From assembly GCA_026026165.1 (NCBI GenBank), contig JAPEUD010000037.1, positions 1 to 64,000 on the forward strand: DNA of 64,000 bases, in the 5' to 3' direction. The translations under genes and the position numbers were made by a program. Shown one piece after another: positions 23,690-34,832 of this stretch (position 1 is its first letter; every line of letters starts with the position of its first letter). Origin of the DNA: Sarea resinae (taxonomy: Eukaryota). The notes below the pieces were generated by a model. It worked only from the letters and a program-made list of their open reading frames with translations. It had not been told where the DNA came from and made no database searches.

Positions 23690-25093
23690 CGTTGTTGTTG
23701 TTGTTGTTGCTTTGGTTTTCGTGGTGCGGGTGTGGGTGTGGGTGTGGGCGTGGGCTTGGCGTGCATCTTAGATACCTTACCTTACTTTACTTTATCGTAC
23801 CTACCTACCTACCTGTCCTCCAATTTGCATTGAAGTATCTGGTGGTACTGCTGTTGAAGATGTTGGCGGTTGAAATGATTGGTTGGTTGGTTGTAAGTCA
23901 TAGCTGCTGCTGCTGCTGCTGTTGCTGCTGCTGTCAAGAGAAGAGAGAAGAGAAGAGAAAAGAGAGAAGAGAAAACAGACGTGCCCATCCAGACCCCTTC
24001 CATGCCCCCTAACCCGTTCTTTACCCATCCCCCCCACCCCACAATTCCCCACCAGCTCCGCGTCGTTCCCCTGAGACCCAAGACCCAAGACCCAAGACCC
24101 AAGATCCAAGACCCAAGACCCGTCCTTTGAGAGGGAGGGGGCTCTACTTCGAGTTTCTCAATGGGTGGGTTGGTTGGATACGTTTTCGTTGGGGGTGTCT
24201 TTGAGGAGGTCGGGGGAGTGGTTAAGTAAGTGGTCAAGTGGGTGGTTAAGTGATTGAGTGATTGAGTGAGGGAGGGAGGGAGAGGAGAGGGTGAAGGAAA
24301 GAGTGAAGGAGAAGAAGAAGAAGAAGAAGAAGAAGAAGAAGAAGAAGAAGAAGAAGAAGAAGAAGAGGGTGGAGGAGATGGAGACAGAGGGGCGAAAGAA
24401 GGGGCAAGAGGGGCAAAAGAGGTGTGGTGCTCACTTCGACTCTGACTCTGACTGTAGTACTAGCGGTATCATTGCTTCTGTAATGTAGTGTTGCTGTAAT
24501 GTTACTGTTGTTGCTGTTGCTGTTGTTGTTGTGGCCCATCCCTGTGGCCATCTGTGTTGTCTGTCTTTCGTCTGTCGTCTGTCGTCTGTCCGAGATTTGT
24601 CGTCTATCTGAGGTCTGCCGTCTGAGGTCTGAAGTCTGACGGCGCGAGTGTTCGGGTGCCAGGGAGTTCAGTGGGTTCAGTGGGGTCAGGGAGTCCGTGG
24701 TCCAACGTTTGTGGTTCAACGTTCGTGGCTCAGCATTCACGGGTTCAGCATCCATTCAGGGGGTTCAGATTTTGCGGTTCGCGGTTCTGGGGGGAATGAG
24801 TGAGTGTGTGTGACTGGTAGCGACTGGTACTGGCTGCTCGCTGTTGGTCTGCCGTCTTCCGATTACATCTCATCTCATCTCATCTCATTACATTGCATTT
24901 GATTTGATTTCAACTGATTACATTCAATGACATTACATTCGTTCGTTTGAGCCCATGTTTGCAAAGATCGGCGTGTAAAGTTGGGCGTAGAGATCGGCGT
25001 GTGGAGTTGGGTGCGGGGTTGGGTGTGGGGGTGGGGATGAGATGAGATGATGGGGGTGATGCAGACAGTGATGCAGAGGCAGAGAGAGAGGGA

Positions 25094-25124
<31 letters not shown>

Positions 25125-25210
25125 AGGTGGAATCAGAGGCAGAGGCCGAGTCAAAGCAGTCAACCAACTTCATATCCATATTCATATCCATACCCATATT
25201 CACATTCATA
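23690..25210. repeat. Microsatellite / low-complexity block: (GTT)n, (GCT)n, (GACCCAA)n, approx. (GAA)18 at 24310-24366, (GAGGGT)n
   Basis: Tandem simple repeats visible between convergent teaR and AIM18-like genes. Confidence 0.9.
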
Positions 25211-25583
25211 TATGGATTCAGACCAAGGGTCCAGTGTCCAGGGTTTTAATGAAGTGGATAGATATCCAATGAATAGGAGATTGAAAATTCGAGATTGGAG
25301 ATTCGAGATTAGACATGGTAAGACGATGCGGGTACTGCTCGAGTGTCTTCTTCGCCCTTCTTAAGCCTTTTTTTTTCTTTTCTTTTCGGTGTTTTTTACA
25401 ATTTTGGTCTGATATGCAGAGATACGGAATTTTTAGTTGATAAATTACACCATCGATAATGTCATATGGCCTGGCCAGCCCCTTTGACGTCGGCCTCGCC
25501 AGGCTATCTGACGGCGATTTGACAGCGGCCTCGAACCCATTTGACATCGGCCTCGAACCCAGCCCAACCCAACCCAACCCAGA

Positions 25584-26837
25584 TCAAACCGTACCAACAG
25601 GCCTCTCGACCACATCCATCACGCCATTCACCACATTGGCCCGAAGCTCCTCTGTCGCCACCTTGGGCCCGGCAAGATAATGCAGCAACAAGGCCCTGCC
25701 GACGCGCTCGTCCTCGATCCGGCCCAGCTCGACCAGCTCGTCGACGTGGGCCTGCGCGCCCTGCGGCGTCGACGAGCCATCATACAGCACCTGCAAGACG
25801 CCGCTGCTGCCGTCGCGCACCAGCAGGAGCGACTTGGCCTTGGGCACGTTCTTCCGGGCGCCGCCGCCGAAGATGCGCTTGAACTCGGCCATGGCGGCGC
25901 CGAACTTGTCGTCGTCGAACTCGGTGACGGCGCCGTGGCCGCCCGCCGCCTGCAGCGCCTTCTGCGTGCGGCTCGTGACTGCTCGTACCCAGGCGTCGCG
26001 CAGGTGGTGGAAGTCCGTGTTCCGCGTCGGCGTGATGCGCAGTACCATCTTGGCGCCGCTGTCGCGCAGCACGCGGCCCCACACCTCCTCGCTGCCGTCG
26101 GCGTCCAGGAGCCGCGACCGCAGCGCATCTTTCTCGGGCCCGACGAGCGTCGTCGCGCTGGTTTCCGTCGGCGTGGCGGCGTCGATCAGCGTGCTGTGCA
26201 GGGCCGAGAGCGAGGGCGCGCTGATGTAGAGGCCGGCGATGTAGACTTGGATCCCAAGGAACGAAACCGTGCGGATGCCGTGCCCGAGGAGACTGTAGGA
26301 CTCTGAAGTCTGTGTCGCCGGTGCCGACGATGACGACGTTGGCGCACCAGTTGTTGACGTTGGCGTGGAGAGGGGCAAGGTCAGCGTGCGGGGGATGTAG
26401 GGGATGTGCTTGCTGCCCGTCGCGACGACGTCTTTCTCTTCTTCGGCATCCTTCTCCGCGCCGCTGATGACGGGTGTGCCCCGGTCCAGCTTCGCCATCG
26501 TATCCTCGGGAGCCGCATCATTCCTGTCCAGGTCCGAATTGGCCACGATGAGCCAGGTGAGCAGGATCGTAACGACGGTGCCGGCGCCGGCGTAGTACGT
26601 GCGGCGCTTGTGGTATTCGCGCTCTTCGGCTTCCTTTCGGTGCTGTGCGATTGGGTCTTGGTTCGTGTCGGCGGGCTGCTGTGACGATTGGGCGTTGCTG
26701 CTGGCGGGCCGCCGCGCGCTGGATGCGAATCGGTGCTGCTGGATCAGGGAGAGCATTGGTCGAGCGGTACTGCTGTGGAAGAGACATTGCTGCGTGAGGG
26801 GCTGGCGGAGCAGCCGCGAAGCATTCTGAAGACGCAT
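25584..26837 (-). CDS. AIM18: Aim18/Aim46-like chalcone-isomerase-fold mitochondrial protein (upstream in-frame ATG at 26951 is an alternative start)
   Basis: Arg-rich presequence MRLQNASRLLRQ, one TM segment, motifs YSLLGHGIRTVSFLGIQVYIAGLY, LRITPTRNTDFHHLRDAWVR, LLHYLAG. Confidence 0.82.
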   Translation of the reverse strand: MRLQNASRLLRQPLTQQCLFHSSTARPMLSLIQQHRFASSARRPASSNAQSSQQPADTNQDPIAQHRKEAEEREYHKRRTYYAGAGTVVTILLTWLIVANSDLDRNDAAPEDTMAKLDRGTPVISGAEKDAEEEKDVVATGSKHIPYIPRTLTLPLSTPTSTTGAPTSSSSAPATQTSESYSLLGHGIRTVSFLGIQVYIAGLYISAPSLSALHSTLIDAATPTETSATTLVGPEKDALRSRLLDADGSEEVWGRVLRDSGAKMVLRITPTRNTDFHHLRDAWVRAVTSRTQKALQAAGGHGAVTEFDDDKFGAAMAEFKRIFGGGARKNVPKAKSLLLVRDGSSGVLQVLYDGSSTPQGAQAHVDELVELGRIEDERVGRALLLHYLAGPKVATEELRANVVNGVMDVVERPVGTV

Positions 26838-27255
26838 TTTATTCCAAGTATCGATATTGTAATGTTGGTGAGGAATGCTTTTTGGATGTTGATGCTGCGG
26901 AATTACTGGAGCTTGCCTGTTGTGGTGGCCCGAGGCTTGGTGGTTGATCATGTTCGGGAGGGGTGCTTGTGGGCTGCCGTATTGAGAGGCCGTACGCAAT
27001 ATGTACTGAATACCGTATTCGTCGCTCTCAGCCCTGAGCCTGGAGAACTAGAGCCAGAGGGCGTGCCATAGAAAGTGCAAGAGTTCGGTTTCAGGCAGTC
27101 TACGGTAGGTTCACGTCAACCAGGAAAACCCCGCATGATGGGCTTTACTGCACTATGATAAATACAGAGGTAAAGGGTGTTCTTCTTCTTGAGCTAGGCT
27201 GAATTACAGTTACTCGTCAAACAAGACCATCTCCTTTCAATCGCAATAATCCCAC

Positions 27256-27874
27256 TTAAACAGCACCTGCCTCCCTCAACAGCTCAGCCAGCTCGCCCTT
27301 CTTGGCTTGGAGGTCCGAGTTGCCACCAATGTGCTTGTGGTTGATGAAGATGTTGGGCACGGAGCGTTGGCCGTTGCTTAATTCCTCGAGGGCCTTTTGG
27401 ATAGCGGCGCCATCATCTGGAAGTTGTATCGCAATCAGATAGGAACGAGAACAGAGGTGATTGGCATGGAAGAGACGAGCCGGGTATCAAAAGCAGCGCA
27501 GGAGTAGGACATACCGATCTCATCCAGCTCAAGGATATAAGGCTTAGCACCGAACTCGCTCAGCGTCTGCTTCGTCTGCTTGCAGTAGGGGCAGTAGGAT
27601 TTGCTGAAAACCGCTGGATCATTGTAGTCATCGTTAGCTACAGCCCGCATCATATCTGCCCTCTGCAAGGCGCGTGCATTTCATCGCTGCTGCTCCCTCC
27701 TATTCTATACTGATCATGTCCTCTCTTTTTTCTTCCTGCTTCGATTCCGACCAGATTCTCTTCCTTTTCTCATGAAATGGAGGCGAGGGGCTGCACCACA
27801 GCGATGCGGAAGAAGAACTCACCAATGGGGTTGTTGTCGATGATGTTCTGGGCCTTGGTCTTAGCGGCAGACAT
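27256..27874 (-). CDS. GRX1: Dithiol glutaredoxin (Grx1/Grx2 type), 3 exons
   Basis: MSAAKTKAQNIIDNNPI/AVFSKSYCPYC...LELDEI/DDGAAIQKAL...GQRSVPNIFINHKHIGGNSDLQ; CPYC active site; intron 1 27614-27822. Confidence 0.95.
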
Positions 27875-28885
27875 GGTGGCGGGGTCGGGGCTCGTAAAAG
27901 ACGAGAAGAATCGGCGGAGGAAAGACGTGGTGGGCGATTTGCGTCCAGAAAGCTTTAAATGTAGTTATTCGTTGTGATCTGGGGGGTTCGACGGTAAGTT
28001 GAAGGGAGCAAGAAGCTTTATATGAGAAGGCGGTGGCGGAAGGTTGTTGAATCCGATGGATCGATTTATGATGAAGATGTGTATGTAATCACGACTGGGC
28101 TAGATCCGATGATGCAATTGCATGTGGGTAAATTGGCGGATGGTGTGTGATGACAAAGCGAGCCTTGCGGCTTCAGGTACCAGGCTTGAACGTCGAATAT
28201 CGATCAGACTATTGCCTCTGTTGATTGTCATGTTTATTTGCGTTCAGAGTGAAGATCCTCATTGGATTATCTTTAGGATGCGTTGGATGTTTCCCTCTTC
28301 TCTCCAATGGGTTTAATACAGTGGTACAGATGGAGATATATTTAATTTGATGAGTTTAGAATATATTTATCTCCTTAGTCTTCAACCAATAAACTAAAAA
28401 TTACCCTGCATCTTGAATAGCTAGGCCAATTCTGCGTGAGAGATCATTCTCGAGAATCTCCGAGACTTCTCTGACTCTCTGGTCCAGTGGTGTCTTGGTC
28501 CATCTACCCAGAAGACTGTAGTCCGCATCGAAGATCGTATAACAATAGCAAAAGAGGGGTAAGCTCGTCTTACCATCAGGACATGCTACTGGTATTCAAT
28601 GGTTCAGGCTGTCGTTTCTGCCCATAAGCTTAGGGATATAAGAAAGCCATCCGAGTATTTCATGCACAGGAAAGTATGCTTGAGACGTTCGACTGAATTG
28701 CGTACTGCTTGCCTCATCTTTTCAAGAGTCGAGGCAAAGAAATAATTACAATCCTACTCAGCATCTCAATAGACGCACACTTGTACTCCCTTGACAATAT
28801 TGAGCTTATTCAAGTCTGTCCTTGCACCACAATCAGGCGAACGACACAATGCTTACAGCGATAGCTCTCTCACACTTCGTACAAT

Positions 28886-29724
28886 ATGACAGAGATCTCG
28901 CTCGCAGGGAAAACCTGCATCATCACCGGCGCAGCGGGCGGTCTAGGCAGGGCCATCGCTGAGACGTTCCTCAAGGCTGGTGCAAACGTGGTTGGCTGCG
29001 ACATTAACCTCAGCCTTCTCGAGGCCACCGCTCAAGAAATCTCCCCGCTGGGTAACTTCGAAGGTGTCCAGACAGACATCACGTCAGCGGAGTCCCTGTC
29101 AGTACTCTTCGACAAGGCGATCCGCAGATTCGGACGTCTAGATGTATTGGTCAACAATGCTGGCATCATGGACCGCTTTGATCCCGTCGGCGACTTGGAA
29201 AAGGATCTGTGGGATCGTGTCATAGCAGTCAACCTGACCGCGCCCTATCTGACCAGCAAGCTAGCCGTCAATCATTTCCTGAGCCATGAGACTGGCAAAG
29301 GTGTCATCCTCAACATAGGTTCCGCATCTGGCCTGTGTGGCTTTCGAGCCGGTGAGGCTTTTCCTCTCGAGCTCACACATCGGCTTCATAATGACCAACG
29401 TCTACGTTCGTAGGTGCCGCGTACACCGCTAGCAAGCACGGCTTAGTGGGCTTGACCAAGAACACGGCTAGCTTCTACGGCAAGAGAGGTATTCGATGCA
29501 ATGCCATTCTGCCGGGTGCTATGGAGACTAACGTCGGCGACGCGTTCAAATCCGGAATGAATGGTGAAGGTTTGGCTCTGCTCGAGCAGCAGATGAAGGG
29601 GACCCCGCCCGAGAAATGTGAACTGAGTGATGTGTCGAACCTTTGCTTGTTCCTCTGCTCTGATGCTTCAGCCGCGTTAAATGGTGTTTGTGCGCCTGCA
29701 GATCGGGGTTGGACGAGCATCTAG
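28886..29724 (+). CDS. Classical short-chain dehydrogenase/reductase, 2 exons
   Basis: TGAAGGLG, NNAGI, NIGS, YTASKHG (YxxxK), IRCNAILPG; intron approx. 29352-29413. Confidence 0.93.
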
Positions 29725-29990
29725 ATGGTTGATGCTTCACATTCGTGCACGTGTCTGGAGTATCGAGAGCTTGAGATACGGCAGTAGGCACATATCAAGA
29801 TCTCGAGTACTATGGTCAAGCCATTTTCTTCAGCAATCTCAGTCAGAAACACATTAGTAACGAAGACTCCATAGAACTTCATACTCCCTCTAACTAGTCG
29901 CGTTGATGTATGAAGTTGCGACTACACAGCACAGTTACGGTGTTCAAGCTCTTCCTCAGACACCCGCATAAAGCGAGAGAAAGTTGAAAA

Positions 29991-30139
29991 GTGATAATCC
30001 CGAAGGAAAGCCATCAAAAATTGCGCGGATGAGGGCCCCGAAGGACACTCAATCGCTCCGGCCTCCGCGCTGTGCAATGCAGGGCCAAAACAATGGCAAA
30101 CCGCCTTCTTGATCGCGGTTGCCCCCACAAGGTAAGTAT
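29991..30139 (-). ncRNA. U1: U1 spliceosomal snRNA
   Basis: Minus strand begins ATACTTACCTT; SL1 loop GATCAAGAAG (U1-70K site); SL2 loop ATTGCAC (U1A site); SL3 GAGTGTCC-TTCG-GGGCCCTC; Sm site AATTTTTG; terminal hairpin with C-TTCG-G; TATATAAT about 45 nt upstream. Confidence 0.95.
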
Positions 30140-30552
30140 GAAGAGAAAAGAAAAAAGAACAGCAGAACGTCTGGGGCTCAGGCTGATTATATAGCTGAGG
30201 CACCAGACCTCGCTTAGCTAGCCGAAAGTGCCAAGAAGTGCCAAGATCTTCCGTATCCATCAAGGTCACTCGGCTAGAAAGTGCGGAAATTGCGGTGGCT
30301 GATCATTGGCCGGTCACTGGTCTCAGTACTGCACCTTCACCGTATGTTTGAGTGACGACCCACTCGTTACCTCAGCAGTTTGCCCTGTTTGCCTTTACTG
30401 TACGGAGTACTCCGTGCATTACACGTTACGGAAGGCGCCTCAATGACATCGTGCTGTGCCTTCTTGATGCCCTGAATATGGATTGTTTGCTCTCCAGCTC
30501 TCCAGCTGCACTCCAGCTGCAAGCCACTATTATCCTTGTTATCCTGTTAGAG

Positions 30553-31711
30553 ATGGCTGGGGAAGTCCCACCACCTCCACAGTCTTTGATGCGCAAACTT
30601 CGTCTAGTATGCATATCAGATACGCACAATGCATCTCCCCTTGATGGGACTTTCAAATTGCCCCAGGGTGACGTATTAATCCATGCTGGAGACCTTTCTA
30701 GGCAGGGCAGCTTCTCGGAACTTCGCAAGACTGTAGAATGGCTTGAGAAGGCGGATTTTCAAGCGAAAATTGTGATTGCCGGTACCTTTTTAGGCTGGTG
30801 CTACATAGCAATGTTGGACACTGAATTCTTCAGGCAATCATGATATCACCCTCGATGAGGCTTTCTACGCCGAACATGGCTCCCATTTTCACAACCAACA
30901 AATCCAAAACCCAAAGGAATGCCTGGAATTATTCGCCAAAGCTCCATCGGTGACGTACCTCCGGCACGAGGCCGCGGTGATACATCTGTCACTTCCAAAT
31001 GGGATGCAAACCACCTTGAAGGTCTTTGGATCGCCTTACTCGCCTGCTCATGGTTTGTGGGCATTTGGCTATCCGCCCGAACGAGCCCCGACGCTGTGGG
31101 GCGAGATCCCTTTGGATACTGATGTGGTCATCACGCACACACCGCCCAGAACTCACTGTGACGAATCCCCGACGCGAGGCGCAGCAGGTTGCGAGGCTCT
31201 TCGTCAGGCGCTTTGGCGAACTCGTCCACGAGTCGCAATATGCGGCCACGTACATGAGGGAAGGGGGGCGGAGAGGGTCAGATGGAGCTTTGAGAATGGC
31301 ATAGAAGAGTCTACATGGCAATGGGTAGATCCGGGGAAGGACAACAAGAAGAAATCGATCATTGATCTGACAGCAAAGGCTGACAGAGCGCTAGCCACTG
31401 TCGGCTCGTCTCCAAGTGCTGCTGCTACATGGTCAGAATCGAACAGTCGTCAAAGCCATAGATTTGCCTCATCTGCGGCCTCCGATGCTTCGAATCATGA
31501 TGATCAGATAGGCCAGCGCTGTCAAGGTGGCTTGCCAAATGCAAGGCTGTGCGACTTGGCAGCTTTGTCTGGTCCAACGTGCCGAAAGGAGACCTGCATA
31601 GTCAATGCGGCTTTGATGGCTTCCAGTTGGCCGTACAAAAGCGGAGGAGGCAAGAAATACAACAAGCCGATCGTGGTCGACATTGATCTGCCGAATGAGA
31701 AGTCATCATGA
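30553..31711 (+). CDS. Calcineurin-like metallophosphoesterase (MPPED/239FB-like), 2 exons
   Basis: CISDTH, DVLIHAGD, IVIA/GNHD across intron approx. 30782-30833, FGSPYSP, VITHTPP, CGHVHEG, VNAA. Confidence 0.92.
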
Positions 31712-33057
31712 TGGCTGGATCGGTTTTGTCAAAGCAGTTCGTAGAAACAATGAGGGAGCTGATGCTCCAAATTGCATCAAAGTCCATGGGCTTTCTGACC
31801 GATCAGAGCAGTACACGCGGGCTCGCTGCATTGGTCCTGTGGGTGTAACGCGTGTCGTGCGATCTTACATAGTACTCATAGTAGATGAGCTGGTTGGTGC
31901 CTGGATTCGGCGATTGGCACGGACATGGTTGCGCCATTAGTCCGCTCATCCTGGGGGCCTTCGTTTCTGCGTCCATTGGTAGCCGTTCGTGGTCATGGTA
32001 CTCAGGATCAGGCGTGCACTGGCCAGTCGGATCAAGTACTATCCTCATGATTGCTGACGCCATTACGTCCAGCCCCACATCGCGAAGCCTATCGTGCCAT
32101 CGAAGAAGGACAAATCGCTCGTGGTTTCATCTCGATTGATTCCCCGCACTTTCGTGGATACAAATCGTCCTATCTGTTTGACTGGTACTACTGGTAGCGT
32201 AAGAAGGGGCCGAATGCCCGTGTTACCGTGTCCAGCGTCTGATCAGAGACGGCACTCCCCGCACATCCATGGACTATCGGAGCAAGTTCGTCAGATAAGT
32301 CAGGTACGGCGTTGTGTTGAGATGGTGAGCTTATCCCCTACCGTCGAACCGGTCCGTGTGGGTGGTCGTGATGCCCATTCGACGGACCAAAGTGAGCTGT
32401 TTCTGACACCCACTCTGGCCATCACGATCCTGCTCCTACACCCTCCATAGATCCGATGCTTGCCATTTCTCCACCGGCAAAGCCTCTGGTCTCTTCCCGG
32501 ACAGCGTGCATGCAATGCGCCTGCATGACGGGGGCACGATTGGTGGGCGGCGGGCGCTGGCCTTGTTCCTCGCCTGCTCGCCTGCTCGCCCTCCCCATGG
32601 AAGCATCAAGGACGTACAGCGTACAGCGTACAGCGTACAGCAGCATCCATATGCAGGTGCTAAAAGAGACAGCGGCTAGCACTACTTGGGAGGTACTGTC
32701 GTCGTTACGACGACCACTTCTCCGATTACGAGGCGGGCCTCATCCAACAGACCCTTTGCAGTCAGGTAGTCAGGTAGTCAGGTAGTACCATTCTGTACCG
32801 CAGGAGGTGGCTGGCCCCCTCCCAACGGCTCCCGGGGTTGGACATGCAGCCATGGAATCACGATGATGAGTCTTGGTCGTATGGGGCTTGCCGCATGTGA
32901 TGTGTTCCCGTCAACCTTATCCTGGCTCCCGCTCTCGGGTGGGACGAAGTCATACAAACTTGAAGGTACCGAGGACAGGAGGACATGAGGACGAGCGAAG
33001 GCGAGAAGACGAGGAGGAGATGGATCAGATCAGCCTTCGATGGCCATTCTATGGGGT

Positions 33058-33066
33058 GGGGGGGGG

Positions 33067-33109
<43 letters not shown>
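33058..33109 (+). repeat. Approx. 50-nt poly-G run
   Basis: G homopolymer interrupted by a single C. Confidence 0.9.
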
Positions 33110-33110
<1 letters not shown>

Positions 33111-33300
33111 TTACCTGTACGAAGTAGTACTCTGTAACCGCCAGTGACTGGAGGACGGAGATAGCGAGCTAGGGACCCTGTGGAGAGGCTCATGCGCCAA
33201 TCTCTCTCGGTCGACCGTGCCTAGGAGATACCTACTCCGTAGGTAACAATGGATGAGATCTACCCATAGTACGAGGGGAAATGCCCCGGTACGGAATAGG

Positions 33301-33347
33301 CCAGTGACTCCAGTGACTCCAGTGACTCCAGTGACTCCAGTGACTCC
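33301..33347 (+). repeat. (CCAGTGACT)5 tandem repeat
   Basis: Five perfect 9-bp units. Confidence 0.9.
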
Positions 33348-34832
33348 TTGCCAACCGCCCTCTCTGCTGCCATTGACGGGGGCCACTTTGCACGGGCCGA
33401 GGGCTCCCTCGCCAGACCAGACCATGTGCTGCGCTGGTTGCATGCCGCCAAGCCGAGGACTGCATCGCAAGCCAATGACGAGCATGGCTCTGCATGCCGA
33501 AGGAAGCAACGAAGCAACACACGAATCACAGATCCCTCACGGCTCCCTCACCGGACTTGCCTGACTCTCCAGCTACTCCGTACTCCTACGATCCATCACC
33601 GACGAGTACGTACCTTCTGAAGTAGTATGTAGTACCCCCAGTACCTCCTCCGGAGTACTTACTGTGGAGGGCAGAGGGGCGAGGGGAGAGGGAGAGGGCA
33701 GAGGGCAGAGGGCAGGGACCAAAAGGCCATTCGTCCTGTCCGGATCTCCAGCTCCCAAACCATCGGCGGGCCCTTTGGACTGGTGAAGTGGTAGTCGATT
33801 CCGTACTGCGTACTCCGTATACCATGAGTAGTCGAATAAGGTATCCGTGGATTTGATCTCTTTGGACGAGACGAGATCCTCTACCCTATCAATCCCCATC
33901 ACCGCGAGCCTTACCTCATCCTACATTTCCCTTTTGTTCCATTCCCTATGGTCATTGCTGCCCGCTTCCTTCGACGCACTCCCTTCACTACCTGGCCTGC
34001 CCGTCGTCGTCCTACAGATAGATGAGGCTGCCCCGATCAGGAGATGACATCCTCTTAACTACACCCCCATCACCATCACCGCGGCCACCGCCATCAACTG
34101 CCACTGTCCGTGATCTGACTGCATCACCTCCACGGCGACCATTCTCCTTCTCATTCTCATGCTCATTTCAGATAATATCAATTTACATTCCAACTGCTAC
34201 CTGCCTTGCTATTGTCATCATCAAATGCCCTCATCAGCGCTGACGCTGACCTACATGCGACTCCGAATACAAGTCGTGGTCTAAACCGATCGCGCAACGA
34301 GATCCAACTACTTACGGTACACCCAACCACACCATATACCACGAGGTACCTGGCCTTCACCGCTTCGCAGTCGTAAGAGCAGCAGCAGACAGACAGACAA
34401 CAACAACAACAACAATCAGTACTCTATTGTTACCACCATAGCGTCAACAACAAGAGCACCAACCTTGACTCCTTACCTTTACTCCTTCACGGCATTCCAA
34501 GAATGCAGTGCTAATTTACCCGTCTTGCCACATCCATCGCTTACGCCATATTTCGATCCGTGGCGGTGCATCCAACCTCTCAACGTCTTGGTTCTCGCTT
34601 GACCTGACTGAGCGTCGGAGATCAAAGGAGAGTAAGTCCGACAGCACCTCGAAACGATCCTTCGGCTGGAGCATCACTTTTCGCCGTCGCTTTCCTTGCT
34701 GTGACCATATATGCCGTTCGAAGACATCTCTTCGACCCTCTGATACATCCGTCGAATGAACCTCATCTCGTCGCCGTCTTCATACTTCAACGGTGACGCC
34801 ACCCTTGATTCATCGTACCTCCATCTACGATC

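Noticed and set aside
23623..25364. ORFs with poly-K, poly-L, poly-C and SP/HP repeats
   Set aside because: Translations of microsatellites.
29922..30269. 115-aa minus-strand ORF
   Set aside because: No protein-like features; it overlaps the U1 snRNA and its promoter.
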